From NCBI GenBank assembly GCA_028534125.1, contig CM052818.1, forward strand, positions 36,396,001 to 36,460,000: a stretch of DNA of 64,000 nt. The letters run 5' to 3'. Of this stretch, positions 1-14,057 are shown in pieces (within the stretch, counting starts at the first letter, position 1; each line of letters begins with the position of its first letter). Source of the DNA: Lama glama (taxonomy: Eukaryota). A program made the position numbers and the translations under genes. The notes under the pieces are model-generated. The model saw only the letters and a list, made by a program, of their open reading frames with translations, searched no databases and was not told the origin of the DNA.

Positions 1-470
1 TATTGACTCTCCCTCCCACCACTAGCTTTTGGGAAGTTCCATCACTATTGGTTCCCTCCAATTAAAATAAAAAAGTTGAGGGTATAATTCATATACCTTG
101 AAATTCATTATTTTTGCTGCATTATGCTGATTTTTAATCTGTAAAATTTATTGGTTTTTAGTATATTCACATGGGTGTGCAGTCATTACCACTATCTAAT
201 TCCGGAATATTTTATTACTTCTGTGAAGTTCCATTCCCCCAGCCCTTGACAACCACTAGTGACTCTGCCTCTATAGATTTGCCTATTTGTGACCTTTCGT
301 GTCTGGCTTCTTTCACTTTGCATAATGTTTTCAAAGAAGTACCTGTGTCAATTTACTCAAACTCTTATACTGCAGACATTCCTCCAGTTAGGAATCACTG
401 TCATAGATAGTCCTATTAATAATGAAGGAGCTATGTTAGGGTAAAAGAAAGATTGTGAACCATTTTCCAG

Positions 471-1620
471 TTTTTTTTTTTTTAAGCTTTATTGAGGTAT
501 AATTTTTTTAAAGCTTTATTGAAGTATATGTAGTCCATTGCCATTGCACGTATTTAATGTATGCAGTTTGGTAAGTTTGAAATACCTTAGGGGTATACCT
601 ATGAAACTGTCACCACAATCAAGAGAATGAATATGTTCATCACCCCTCCCCCACCAAATTTCATTCTGCCTGTTTGTAACCTACTCTAACCTTCTTGTGC
701 CTTCCCACTCCTAACCCTCAGGTAGTGACTAATCTAATTGGCTTTCTGCCATCATGGCTTAGTTTACATTTTTCTCAAATTTTATATGAGCATATACTCT
801 TTTTTGTGTATATTTTCTTTCAGTCATGTAATATTCGAAAGACTCATCCATGTTGTTGAATATTACAACAGTGTGTTCCTTTTTATTGCTAAACAGCATT
901 CCATTGTATGGGTATATCACAGTTTGTTTATCCATTAATTTGTTGATGCTCATTTGGATTGTTGACATTTCTGGTGTCTAGCTATTACAAATAAAGTTGT
1001 TAGGAACATTTGTATGGAAGTCTTTGAACGTATGTTTTCATTTTTCTTATAAACATCTGGGGATGGAATGGCTGGGTTTTATGATTGAGGTATACGTTTA
1101 AGTTTCTAAGAAATTACCAAACTGTTTTCCAGAGTGATTATACTGCTTTACATTCTCACTAAGAATGTATGAGAGTTCAGTTGCTCTATATTCTTGACAA
1201 CACTTGGTGTGGTTAGTTTTTAAAATTAATTTTAATACATATTTATTGTAGTTTAATTTATATTTCTGTAATGACTAACAACATTGAGCATATTTTTGTC
1301 TGCTGATTTGCCAGCATTACCTCTGGTGAAATAATCAAATCTTTTGTTCGTTTTTTAAATTCACTTGTTTTTATTATTGAAGTTTCGAGAGTGCTGTGTG
1401 TACTCCAGATATCAGTCCTTGTGATTTGCAAATATTTTCTGTCTGTAACTCTTTAAAAAGATTCTCTTAAATGTGTCTTTCAAAGAGAAGAATTTATAAT
1501 TTTGATGTATTTCAGTTTATTAAAATTTTTTTTAATAGATTGTGCTTTTGGTGGTGTATCTAAGAAATCTTTAACTTGAAGATGCAAAGATTTAGTTTAA
1601 CATTTTTTAGAAGGTTTATG
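471..1620 (-). mobile_element. Old L1 3' end (L1MB/MC-like), antisense
   Basis: poly-T followed by typical L1 3'UTR reverse-complement text (ctttattgaggtataatt..., ccattgtatgggtatatcacagtttgtttatccatt, caaactgttttccagagtg). Confidence 0.8.
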
Positions 1621-1793
1621 TACAACTTGTAGTTTTTACCACAAAGTTATTATTTTTGTTGTGCTTCTTCTAGACAGCATTTAGAACTTGAAGGTGGATG
1701 ACTAGCTTCTGTTCAGAAGTACTTTATACTTCTTTAATATATCAATTTATCAATTTATTATTAGTTATTTCTATGTTAATTTTTTTCTTTAAG

Positions 1794-1869
1794 TACCAGC
1801 TCATCAAAAAAAGAGGGAAAACACGTTATTTGATATTCACAGATCTCCAGCAAGAAGAAGCCATATCAG
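1794..1869 (+). CDS. ATAD2B: ATAD2B internal coding exon (76 nt): (V)PAHQKKRENTLFDIHRSPARRSHI(R)
   Basis: tttttttctttaag| acceptor and AG|gtatgt donor; manual translation matches recalled ATAD2B N-terminal region; phase 2 end joins next exon in frame. Confidence 0.93.
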
Positions 1870-2399
1870 GTATGTTTTGTTGTTTTTGAAAGGAGGAAGT
1901 ACTTATATTTGTCATTTAGATATATCCTTTAAGTAATACATAGTGTAATGCCTTACAGTTGGAATATAGATATTGATAGTGTTAATGCCAACGAGTAACT
2001 AAATAGCATCTTTCTTTAATTAGTGACTAATAGTTGTTACTCTATGTGTGACTGTTATCTTCCTGGTTCAGTTTGCCTGAAATAGTTACTTTTAACAGTT
2101 ATGTTCCCTAAAGCTATGCAGCCCTCTGGTCTCTTAGAATTGAATCTGGGAGACTCACGTGGCCTTCATTGGAAGTATTGGTTCCATTAGTCTTTGCTAC
2201 TTTTTGTTTTCTTTTTCCCTTTCTTTTATGTGTAGGTACAAAGGAGACTTTTTGTTTTTGAAACTTTATGTTGTCTATTAAGTTTTCTGAAAAAGGTGAT
2301 ATATTCCTTATGGTTCAAAAATAACTATTAAAATCTAAACATGAAAAGATTTTTTTCTAGCCTCAATAATCTCTCAAGATCCTGTAGAAGCATTGATAC

Positions 2400-3700
2400 T
2401 GGTTTGTATATCCTTAGATGATATGTTCATATATGTGTATGTATATTGTAATCCCTTTTTACACAAAGTATACTGTGATCCCTTTTTACACAAAGTATAC
2501 TGTGCATTGTCCTACACCTTGTTTTTTTCACTTGATTCGTTTTAACTGTCTGTAGTGAAATTTCACATTTAGTTTATAGTTATGTATGTAACTATACTGT
2601 CATTTTAAAACTAGCTCTTTATCAAGAGTCAGGTTGTTTTCAGTCTTTTTTATTACAAAATACAATATAATGAATACCCTTGCATAATTGTTATTTTACA
2701 TTTGTACGAATATATTTGTAGAATAACTTCACAGAAGTGGAATCTCTGAATTAAAAGGAATATGAAGTTGTAGTTTTGATTACCTTCAGTAGTGTTGAAT
2801 CAGTTTGCAATCCACCCAGCAGTGTATGAAAGTACCTACTTTTGCATATTCCTGTCAAAAAAATGTATTCTCAAACTTTTGGATTTTTGCCAGTCTGAGA
2901 GTTGAAAATGAGATCTTGGTTTATTTGAAATTTTTTTTATCTCTTGTGAGAGTTTTTTCATGTCTTTTAAAGCCATTTATTTTTCCTATTTTTTGAAATA
3001 TCTGTTTTTAAAGTTTGTCTATTTTTCTAATGGGTACTTTTAGTCCTTTGTCACAAATTGCCAATCTTTTTCATCAGTTCAGGGTTTGTCTTTTAACTTT
3101 GCTTTTGGTTGTCTATACTAGAACATTCTTATTTTTTAGGTAGTCAGATTTATGTCTTTTAAGGTGTTCAGATTTTTGAATCAGTTAGAAAAGCCTTCTC
3201 AAATCCGAAGTTTTAAGGGAGTTCCCCTTTGAATTTAAGGTTTTATTTTTTTACTCTTAAATTTTGATCCATTTGAATTTTATCCTTGTGTGAGATTTAT
3301 GGTATGGATCCAGCTTTTTTCCCAGGTGGAAAATGAGTTGTCCCAACCTCATTTATTGAATGAATCTATGATTTCTCCATTGATTCCAGTTGCTAAGTTT
3401 ATTATCAAGTTATATATAATATATAAATATTACATAAAAGATGCCCCTGCCCCTCTTTTTCCCCCATTCTTCCATTCTTCATTTTTCCATTATATTTTCT
3501 CTCATCTGGCTGTTTATATAAGAACAGTAAATTGCTGTGTATTAATTTTGTATCCCACTTCTTTAATGGGAATGCCTCTAGCATGTCCCCATTAAGGTTG
3601 ATGCTTAAGAATGATATATTTTGTGGTAATGACATTGTATCTTTGAGAGTGCATGGTTGTTAATAATCTTGCCATTGGGGTTTATAGGATTTTTGTTTTG
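2400..3700 (-). mobile_element. Degraded ancient L1 fragments (L1ME-like), antisense
   Basis: motifs such as ccacccagcagtgtatgaaagtacc and ttttgatccatttgaattttat; boundaries approximate. Confidence 0.6.
2451..2504. repeat. Perfect 27-bp tandem duplication (atccctttttacacaaagtatactgtg)x2
   Basis: read directly from the sequence. Confidence 0.95.
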
Positions 3701-4434
3701 ATTAAGGATGTCACACTTCAGCCAGCTTTTGGGCCATTTTTATTTCTGTTGAATTTTTGCTTCTGAAGATCTTTTCTTCTGTACTTAATTTTTCTTATTA
3801 GTCAAAGTAATACATACATGTGGTTAAAATAACAAATAGATAGGTTCAATGCAAGTGATACTCCTAACCCACTTTACCGCACCTCTAGACCTGCTGTCAG
3901 TCAGCAATCACTTTGAACATTTGTACTTTTAGTTATTTTAATAGCTACTTCCATAAACTGTATAAATGACATTCTGTTTCTTGATTTATCAACTTTAAAC
4001 ATTGTCTTTTGATTTCTTCCTCACTCGTATATAGTGATAACACTAACCTCAATTTTTCTTTGGTCACATGAAATTTCAATCATTATACTTGAATCTACAA
4101 TTTTGTTTTATTAATTGTAGGCAATATCTTTGACTCCCCTCTTTTAAGATTAGGACCCTAATAGCTACTCTTGCTACTTCATTTTTTCTAGCTTTTTATA
4201 TTGCCAAGACTGATAACATTTACATTTGTTCTGCGACAATTATTAAGTCTTCCTTGATTTATTTCTAAGTTAATTCTAGAAGTTGAAAACCCATGGGTAG
4301 CTTTTACATTTCTATGAAAAATAATGGTGTTTTTCACCATAGAGCTACATAGGAGGCTAAGATTAAATATCCTCCTCTTATGGATTTTACTGCCACCTCT
4401 GGCCTCTCAATGGGAATCGTTCCTAGAGTTAGAT

Positions 4435-4660
4435 TTATTCACTCTTTCAACAAATAAATGTTGTATACCTTCTATATGCACCAAGTGTCATTCAAGGCAC
4501 TGGATATTCAGAATTAAAAGTATAAAAATCCCTCTTCTCTTGGAGCTTTCATTCTAATAGAGGGAGATAAACTAATGGATATATAAAATACATAATGTGT
4601 CAGATGTGACAAATGCTTGGAATAGAATGGTGAGGTGAAGGGGAACATGGAGTTCAGAGG
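4435..4660 (-). mobile_element. L2 3' end fragment
   Basis: ttcactctttcaacaaataaatgttg...ggagctttcattctaatagagggagata, similar to the L2 terminus in reverse. Confidence 0.65.
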
Positions 4661-5566
4661 GATAGGAATGTGGGATATTGTATCACTTTCTGCACAGCCT
4701 GCATATTCCTGCAGGGATAGGAATGTATGTGGGACTTCTTGTGGTGATTCGTATAAATGGAGAAAAAGGACCCAATGAGATTATCTTCTAATAGTCTCAG
4801 CAATGGTGGTGATTTGAAGAGTTCTCCTTCTCTCACATTCAAGTAGTCTCAAGTTTCCCCAGCTTCCGATTATATAAAATACTCATATTCTTTTTGTCAG
4901 ATAACGTCTTTCCTAGTGTCATCTCCCTGTTCCACTTTGGGGAGATGCTTTTCTAGGCCTGCTGCAAAGCTGTAGGACTTAACACTGCTTTCATGGGTTG
5001 GATCCCTTGTTTACTGGATCCTTTGTCTCTTTTTTTTGCTTTACTGTTTCATTTTGCAGGAATACAGTCTCAAGTAATTTACTCAGAAATAATGTGTGGA
5101 GGTCAGTTTTGCATCCTTGTATCTTTGAAAATGTATTTTATTTTCATAGTTTCCAATACTTTTGTGAGTTAATAGAATTCTAAATCCAAATAGGTTTCCC
5201 TTAAACTTTCGCAGTTCTTATTTCACTGTATTCCATGATATATTGTTGCTGTTGAAAAGTCAGTCTGGTTTAATTTCTTGTTTCTTTGTAGATGTGTGTA
5301 TATATATATATATATGTTTGTGTATTTATCTATCTATCTTTATCTATATAAAATTGTTTTTCACCCTTTTGCTAGGCCCTCTTGCTTTGGAGATTTTCTT
5401 TTTTCAACTCTAGGAAATTTTCTTGTATAATTTTTTGCTAGATTTCTTCTCTTCATTTTTTACCCTCATCTATTTCAGTAACTACTGTTGGTCTAACATT
5501 GGGCCTCTGTAGCAGTTACCTTTTCTCTCATTTTTCATTGTCTTTTTTGCTCTCTCCCCCTCCCCC

Positions 5567-5684
5567 TTTTTAAAAATTGAAGTGTTGTCAGTTACAGTGT
5601 GTCAGTCTCTGGTGTACAGTATAATTTCCCAGTCATACTGATACATACGTAATTTGTTTTTATATTCTTTTTCATTAAAGGTTA
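5567..5684 (-). mobile_element. Short 5'-truncated younger L1 3' end with imperfect TSD (tttgctctc...)
   Basis: aattgaagtgttgtcagttacagtgtgtcagtctctggtgtacag; flanks 5546.. and 5685.. share tttgctctc. Confidence 0.7.
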
Positions 5685-6009
5685 TTTGCTCTCCCTCCTT
5701 TTTTTTTCTGGGAGATTTTATTCTTTTTGTCTTCCATCCTTGTAATTTTATTTAGGCAAACATGTTTTTTAGTTTGAATAATTTTATTGTTTTATGGCTT
5801 TTCATAGTATTCTGTTTTTATTTCAGATCATCTTGAGTTTCGTTTTCTGGTATTTTTCGTAAACATTTTTTGTGAATAAACATAATAAAATAAATAATGT
5901 AATTAGCTTGCAAATACTTAACATATCTAAAGGATAGTTTCTTATCTTGTAAAAACTATACTCTAGCCACAAAGGACTGGAGCAGCATCACTGATGTCTC
6001 ACCTAGTTG

Positions 6010-7190
6010 TTTTTTTTTTTTAAACAACTTTATTAAGATACATACCATACAATGCACATAGCATACAATCCAGTGGTTTTTTTTGTATATTCACAGATAA
6101 CTGTGGAACTTCGTCACAGTTTTAAATAATATTTTATCTCCTTGGAAAAGAACTTGTACTCTTTAAGTCTAACCTTCTACCACTCCCACTATCCTCTAAA
6201 CCCTGAGCAACCACTAATCTACTTTCTCCATCGGTTTGCCTAATCTGGGCATTTCATAAAAATGAGAATATAATATGTGGCCTTTGTGATTGGCTTCTTT
6301 TAGTTCACATGTTTTCTAGGTTCATACATGTTGAAACATGTATTGATACTTCCTTTTTATGGTCAAATAATGTTCCAAGGTAGGGTTATGTTACACTTTC
6401 TTTATCTACTCATCACTTGATGGGCATTTGAATTTTCCAGCTTTTGGCTTTTATCAATAATAATGCTATAAATGATTCATGTACAAGTTTTTATGTGGAC
6501 ATATTTTCATTTCTCTTAAGTATATACCTAGGATTGGAATAACTGGGTCATGTAATAACTTTATGCTTAGTCATTTAGGAACTGCCTGAATGTTTTCCAA
6601 AGTGGCTGTACCATTTTACATTCTCTCCAGTAATGTATGGGGCTTTCAGTTTTTCATATCCTCCCCAACACTTTCTATTATCTGACTTTTTGCTTCTAGT
6701 CATGCTAGTGGGTATAAAATGTGTCTCACTGTGGTTCTGATTAACATTTCCCTGATTACTAATGATATGAGGCATTTTTTCATGGGCTTTTTGGCCATTT
6801 AAAAATTTTCCTTTGAGAACTGTCTGTGTCCTGTGCCTATTTTAAAATTGGGTTCTCTCTTCGTCATTGACTTGTAAGAGTTCTTTATATAGTCTAGATT
6901 CAAATTCCTTATTAGATATATAGTTTGCAAATATTTTATCCTACTTTGTGGGCTGTCTTGTTACTTTCTTGATGGCGTTCTTTGAAGCATAAAGGATTTT
7001 AATTTTGATGAAGTTCAGTTTATCTTTTCTGCTTTTGTTCATGTTTTTAATGTCATATCTTAGAATCCATTGCCAAACCACATCACGAAGTTTTACTACT
7101 ATGCTTTTTGTCCAAGAGTTTTATAGTTTTAGCTTTGTGTTTACGTCTTTGATCCATTTTGAATTAATTTTTGTGTATGTTGTAAGGGCT
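6010..7190 (-). mobile_element. L1 3' end plus ORF2 C-terminus (L1MB-like), antisense
   Basis: poly-T start; ORF-track 6575..6775 has ORF2 C-terminal-like residues (ENVKWYSHFGK). Confidence 0.85.
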
Positions 7191-8366
7191 TTCTGGGAAA
7201 TTCATATACAACTCTGCCTTTTGTGGTGTTATATATGTTATATTTATAAATTTAACAAACATAGCAATAAACTATGAGAATTATTTATATAATTTTGTGT
7301 CCTTTGAAAAAGTTGAGAGAAGTAAGTCAGCCAAGTATGTGCTTATAATTTTTTATAGTAACCTTTTTATGTATCATTCTGGTTCTCTTCATTTGTTCTT
7401 GTGCATTTGAGTTGTCATCTGGAGTCATTATCTTAGCCCAACATGTACACTTCTGCTTCTGCCCACTTCATTGTGCTGCTGTTGACAGATATATGATATT
7501 TGTATACATTAGGCCCAACTCACATGCACGCATGTGTATACACACACATACAGCATAAGAAACTTGGAAACAGGCATTTTCCTAATGGAGAGGAAGAAGT
7601 AAGAGAGAGGATAACTATCAAAATTGTGAAAATTGACTAGATAATTATTATAATAGTCTTTATGAACTTTTTGGAGGCATTAAAAACTGATGCAGATGAA
7701 AGGAAAGGATTTATATTAATCAGTAGAAGGAATTTAGATAGGCTAAGGATCTTAATGAGAGTTGGGGGAAATCTGGGTTTGCTATTGAGGTTAGTGGGAA
7801 CTGAAGTAGAGTAGGGCTCTGCAGGCTGTGGGCCATCCTTGAAGGCCAATTTAAGTTTGAAATAAATTAATTTATATCAATTCCTCCGTACAGTTACCAT
7901 ATTTTCTAGGTATCCTAGAGATGTCATAAGTTCTATTAGTAATGTAGAATTCATTATTATTTCTCTTTGAGAATGAATTTAGCTTGATACATTATTTAAT
8001 CATTCCATTGTAGTTCTAATTATAAGCTGTTACATTTTTTTCTTCAGAAATACTTTATACATTTTATAAGAAATTCAAATAGGGTATAAGTGTTTTAGGT
8101 GGAAAAAGAAAGCCCTTGATTCTCTATAATCCAGTGTTTTATTTTCTTTAGTGTCTGGACTATTTCTGATTATTTAGGAATGGGAAAATAAGAAGAGAAA
8201 AAGAATAAGCTTTCTTTTCTAATAAGTTTCCCCTGTTATTCATGAGTCGATGATAGATATTCCCTAAATTTGGATGCCAGTTAAGTTCATTGCTTTGATT
8301 CAGAACGTGTTTTTAAAAGCCCTTTGCTGATGTAATGATTTTAAAGATTTTACTGTCTTTAAATAG

Positions 8367-8465
8367 GAGAAAGAAACATGCCATTCATAGTAGTGATACA
8401 ACTTCCTCTGATGAAGAACGCTTTGAAAGAAGGAAATCAAAGAGCATGGCAAGAGCAAGAAATAG
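8367..8465 (+). CDS. ATAD2B: ATAD2B coding exon (99 nt): RKKHAIHSSDTTSSDEERFERRKSKSMARARN(R)
   Basis: aaatag| acceptor, AG|gttagt donor; phase 2-2; ATAD2-family motif before AAA1. Confidence 0.95.
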
Positions 8466-10008
8466 GTTAGTAAACTTCTGTTATTTCCATGGTAGAAAAA
8501 AGGAATAACAATTTTAACTATTTGAATGGGATTCTTATCTGTACTAGCATTTTGCTAACAGTGATATTCAACACATATTTAGACTAGAGTAATACACTGA
8601 CTTGGTTTTTACTTAGTAATTCTTAGGGTAGAAATCTGACCTTGGGAAACTTCCTATAAATTACTTACTGTGTAAGTACTCAGTAAAATAGTGTATGGGA
8701 AGGGGAAGAGGCCAACCTCTATAAGAGTCTTTTCTTCAGTGCCTCTCTTCTAATTCAAATCTGTCTAATGAGGCTGATTTTAGATGCTTATAATGATTAG
8801 AGCACTCAGAGTAAGATTTGGTTTCTAATAGAATTATCTCAAGAGCCCTTGGATTTCGTTGGAAAATTTGTTTTATGTTTGGTTTAATGAGTATGTCTGG
8901 TGACCTCTGCTTAACTAGACTAAATACTCTGATTACTATGTGGCTCATTAAAATCTCGAGTTTTCAGTGGGGAATAGTATCAGTATTTTGTCTAGTAGAT
9001 AATTAAAGAATCAAATTATAATTTATTCTTTAAAATTTAATTTAATTTTCTAGCTTACATTTATAATGCTAAGCATAAATTCTACTTAGAGATTTTACAT
9101 TTAGCAAAACATTTCTATAATTTGGTATTATATATCTACTTTAGAAATACCAAGTTTTCAGTTAGCTGGCCTTGGAAACAAGTTTGGGTTGGTGTAGATT
9201 GTATGCTGAAAAGAGTTCCTCATGTGAACGATGGAAAGAACATGTAAGAGAAAAACCTAAGTTTAAATAAAATATTTTAATGCCTCTTTAATCTGAATTA
9301 TTCTGATACCTGCTTTGGAAATACATTTTTAAAGTAGGTTTGGATTCAGAAATGTCACTGAAGGTACATTCATTATAGAAGCTATACTTTTTTTGAGCCT
9401 GTTTATGTCATCTTTTGGTGTTTACACAGTGTTAAAAGAGAAAATAGATTATATTTTCTTAGGGGTAATTTAAGTTAAATAGTATAGAATTTTAGGCATC
9501 TGAAGATCTATTTTAAGATAAGTACATGAAAGATAAAGCTTAGTTCTGAAAATATGATCTGAAATTAGTTTACCTTGAATAAAAGGGAAAGAAATTTCTT
9601 CTATCATGTAAGCTGAGTAAGTATACCCATATACTATCTGAAGATAAATTTAAATGTATAATAAAGCTTGATTTCATTTAATATCATATAGTACATATAG
9701 TAGGTCTCTTTTTATTTTATATATGTATAACATGGAATATCAGGTTTGTTAAATTTTCTAAGTTGGAATAGATTAGGGTCTTTGGACAAATAGATTAATG
9801 ATCTTATTTGTTTTGTCTAGTGAATAAATTATTTTTGATCTGTTTAAAAGAATTTAGTAAAAGTAGTTTAAAAATATGAAATCCCTTGTCATTTTCTGGG
9901 TTATGAGAAAAAGGAGAAAGATCAAAATGTGTCAAAGATTTAAACTTATTATGACATTAAGAATATGAAACTTTTAATGCTGTCTACTTGAATTTTTATG
10001 AATTTCAG

Positions 10009-10120
10009 ATGTTTGCCTATGAATTTAAGAGGAGAAGATTTAGCTAGTGGTATTCTTCGAGAACGTGTCAAAGTGGGTGCAAGCTTGGCTGATGTTGATC
10101 CGATGAACATTGATAAATCA
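10009..10120 (+). CDS. ATAD2B: ATAD2B coding exon (112 nt): CLPMNLRGEDLASGILRERVKVGASLADVDPMNIDKS
   Basis: tttcag| acceptor, |gtaagt donor; phase 2-0; conserved ADVDPM motif. Confidence 0.96.
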
Positions 10121-10369
10121 GTAAGTTTTGTAAATATTTTCCTAGAAATAGCTTTAATTTTTTTTTAAGGTTATTGGTTCTAACTCAATACACAATAAAA
10201 GTAGAAGATCACCATTAGTGTTTTGATGTGTATATTTTAGAACCTAGCACTTCAGGTCACGTTTGATAATTACTCAAGTGTTTCTCTTTTTTTCCATTTA
10301 TGTGTTATTGGAACTATAAAATGAAAAATGGGTAGAAAATCAGGCTGACAAATATGACAAGGCCCCATA

Positions 10370-11130
10370 AACCATGAGAAGCAGTGGTGTGTTGTTGAAG
10401 CTGCCTAGATTTCATGATCATATTTGCATTTATTAATTTTTTGTTTTTTTTGGGGGGGTAATTTTATTTATTTATTTTTAATGGAGGTACCAGGGATTGA
10501 ATCCAGGATCTCCTGCATGCTAAGCATGCATGCTACTACTTGAGGTATACTCTCCCCCACTGTATTTGGATTTTAGGTAGATCACTCTGTCTATGATGTA
10601 GTTAATGAATTTGAGGGAAGCAAGGCTGGCATTAGGGAGACTGGTTTGGACATAGTTGTAATCTAGTAATCTTTAGTAATGATCATGTTAGAAAGTAGGG
10701 TAATGATGGAAAGAAGTAGTAGATGGATCTAACAGAATTCAGGAGATAATTCATATATGACAGAATTTGGTGAATTAATTGCTTTGGGGGAATGAGGGAG
10801 AGAAACACATTAAATGTATGACCCAGGTTTCTGGCTTAAGTGTCTGGGTGGGATAATGAATAGTTCTACGCTCTGAGGTTGGAAACATAGAAGAAGGTAT
10901 GTTTTAAGATGTGAAGATGACTTAGTTGTAGACATGGTTAGGTATCTGTGACACATCACAGTTGCAACTAACTTGTAGGAAATTGGTTATTTAGGTATGA
11001 CATTAAGGAGAAATATCTGGGCTAGAAATCTGGATATGATCACCAATGTAAGGATCATTGTGGTCACTATGGAAAATGAATGGTAGTACCCAGGGAAAGT
11101 ATGTAGCATGAAAAGAGACAAGATTTAGAG
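10370..11130 (-). mobile_element. L2 fragment interrupted by a SINE
   Basis: catgatcatatttgcattt|taggtagatcactctg and atgacccaggtttctggcttaagtgtctgggtgg resemble reverse L2 consensus. Confidence 0.7.
10437..10560 (-). mobile_element. tRNA-derived SINE (camelid vic-1-like)
   Basis: same sequence family as 20036, 20440 and 36761; approximate TSD tatttgcattt/tatttggattt. Confidence 0.85.
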
Positions 11131-11140
11131 GACATGGTAG

Positions 11141-11200
11141 ATTCTTACTGTTAGTAGAATCTTTTGGGACATTCTTACTGTTATTAGAATCTTTTTGGGG
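11141..11200. repeat. Near-perfect 30-bp tandem duplication (attcttactgttaKtagaatcttttgg..)
   Basis: read directly from the sequence. Confidence 0.9.
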
Positions 11201-12282
11201 GGATACTTTGGGATAAAGTTACTGCATAACCAAGAACATACTTGATATTTCTTCTTTGCTCTCATAAACCTTTCTATACAAATTATTTAATTGATTCTCA
11301 TGTGAGAGGCTTAAATTATCAAATGGTTTTGTGTATATTGTTGAGAATGAAATACTGGCTATCTCCAATCTGAAGACATAGGGGAGAATATTTTACTACT
11401 GAGGAACTAAGGAAATTTCAGATTATTTCAGAGTCTCATGTCTAATAGTTCACATTCTTAGGGGACCAGACATAATGGTCTTTGTTTAGTTGGGTTTACC
11501 AGCACCTTATTCTCTTGAATCTAGTTTACTTTAGATGTCTCTATCGCTCAATTAGAATAACTTATTTTTGTTAAATTTGAAGTCATATACAAGAAGAATA
11601 AGCTTTTCTTAGAATGTTTCTGTTATTTAAACTCCATATTTATTTTTCTAGATTTTTTTTCAGTCATATTTCTATCATATTCCCTTCAAGGACTTTTTTC
11701 TATACAATTTTTTACTTTACAGCTTTAGATATTTGAACAGATATGGATGGGAGGGAAAAAATCTGTTGCTTCTTGTGATAGATTAGTGTTTCTGAAGCTA
11801 TTTTTTCATTGTCGTCTCCTAAGGGGAAAAAATTAAATTTCTCTCTAGATAAATTATTATTGAAAAATAAGATTTTGTCAGGTAAAATTGAGCATTGGAG
11901 GGCACAAACCATTGTAATAGCTAAGATTTTTTTTTTTCACTTACTCCTGAACTAATTTTTGCCCACCTTCGGAACAATATTGCCCTATTAGAGTGTTAGA
12001 TGAGCCATTAATCCTGGTCCTTAGTTACAAGGAGATTAATGAATAATAGCTTTATTTGCCTGAGCTGAAGTGTAAACTTGAATTTTACTACCAACTTTAT
12101 TTTTCTACACTTATTTCAGAAATGTAATTTTTTCAACTTTAAGTTAATAATGAATTTTTTGTTTACACTTCAGTTCTTGCTGAAGGCATGCATTTCTGAA
12201 TCATAAGATTATCTCATAAGTTTAAAAAAATCTATGAACAATTAAAATTATTTTATATTAATCTTTTCCCTTTCTTTCCAAG

Positions 12283-12398
12283 GTGCGGTTTGATAGCATA
12301 GGTGGATTGAGCCATCATATTCATGCACTAAAGGAAATGGTAGTATTTCCACTTTTATATCCAGAAATTTTTGAAAAATTTAAAATTCAACCTCCAAG
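12283..12398 (+). CDS. ATAD2B: ATAD2B coding exon (116 nt): VRFDSIGGLSHHIHALKEMVVFPLLYPEIFEKFKIQPP(R), start of AAA1
   Basis: strong polypyrimidine tract plus aag|, AG|gtaagc donor; classic AAA FD.IGGL...LKE.V..PL.YPE motif. Confidence 0.97.
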
Positions 12399-13882
12399 GT
12401 AAGCAGTGTCCTAGATGTTTATTATTATTATTACTGTTAATTTATGAATTTTCAATTAGTAAGTGATTATAAATATAAATATTTCATATATATTTATTTG
12501 ATGTGTTCTAGCAATGAGAATTAGGAATGAAATTTTATATTTAGGGTTCAAAGGCTGTGGTACTAAATGTATTCTTGAAGTTTATATTTTGGCATTTAAG
12601 AGTCAGGGACAAGATGAGATTCTTTATGCAGGCCTTGAATATACAAGTGGATTGCCCCAATGGATTTCCTTAATTTGGTTTTAACCAAATTTACCTTAAT
12701 TTGGTTAGCATTGAGTTTGATGCTATATATTGATTAATCTTCAGAAGCATAATTTCAATGAAACGTTTCTTTGACTTGATGATGTGATATTTTTGAAATG
12801 GTAAGCTTGATAGTTAACTTTTATGATCAGATTGTTTTTAATCATGACTTGGTTAACTTAGAAAAGGCTGAGAAATTATGTCAATGGAAATTGGGCATAA
12901 TAAAATATTCTGAAGATGTGTGTATAGACTATTAGATTTAAACTGCTAAATGTCCCTTTTCATTTAAGAAGTACTTTTATTCACATTTGGTTTTAATTCA
13001 TCATTCCTGTGTTCTAGGATGTAGAAAATCTTGCTAAAGAGTGACCTATTTGGGTGGAAGAAAAGTTGGCCTGTAATTCTTTAGTGACTTTTAAAAATCA
13101 TAATAGCAATTTATTTGTTTTTCATATGATATAACTTGAATTTAAAAATTATTATTTTCCTCAAAGCAATGAAGTTATATAGCCTTGGGAGAAACCTTAA
13201 AACATGGACTTACAAGCAGAAAGTGTTATAAGCAGAAAGGAATCCTACTCCTTAGTGATGAAAAGTTTTTATGTTCTTTACAGCTTTCTTTTATATATAT
13301 ATATGCATATATTAAGTTTATATTTTGCCTATATTATACACATGTAAACATTTAATATAAATGAGATTATTCAAAAGTACCCTTATGTAACTGTTTTTCA
13401 CTCTATAGTATATTATAGACATCTTCCCATTTCAATAATGTGTATTACTCATTTTGGCATCATATTAGTGTTCAATTTATAGATGTAGCATTGTATGTAT
13501 GTGCCCCTTATTATTAGATAGCATTTAGATTAAAAAAATCTATCTTTATAATATTCTTTTTAGTATTTCTATATGACATATTCTAAAATGTGAAATTTCC
13601 TGATCACAGGGAAAACACCTTTAATATTTTGATGTATCATGGCAAATTACTCTTTACTCTGGTTAAACTAATGCTCTTCTGCCAAAGCTTGGTGCTTTGA
13701 GAACATCCTTGAATCCTCTCAGCAAAGTGTAACTTTTGTCTGTATAGTACAAAAAGCATTACAGTGTCGAATAATTATAATATACATTATTACAAAATTA
13801 TATGGGAGATGCATGCTTTTGTATTGGTTATTAGTGGTGTTAATAACATTAATTTACTTTTGTTGATTCTTTATTCCTCTAG

Positions 13883-14057
13883 GGGCTGTTTGTTTTATGG
13901 CCCTCCTGGCACAGGTAAAACCTTGGTTGCCAGAGCGCTAGCGAATGAGTGCAGTCAAGGAGACAAAAAGGTAGCTTTTTTTATGCGAAAAGGAGCAGAC
14001 TGTCTAAGTAAGTGGGTTGGTGAATCTGAGCGGCAGCTTAGGCTTCTTTTTGATCAG
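13883..14057 (+). CDS. ATAD2B: ATAD2B coding exon (175 nt) with Walker A GPPGTGKT and pore loop SKWVGE
   Basis: ctctag| acceptor, CAG|gtaagt donor; overlaps ORF-track 13764..14075. Confidence 0.98.

Noticed and set aside
8245..8332. Box C/D snoRNA (cgatga...ctga)
   Set aside because: Imperfect box C, no terminal stem, and the CTGA lies at the likely branch-point position
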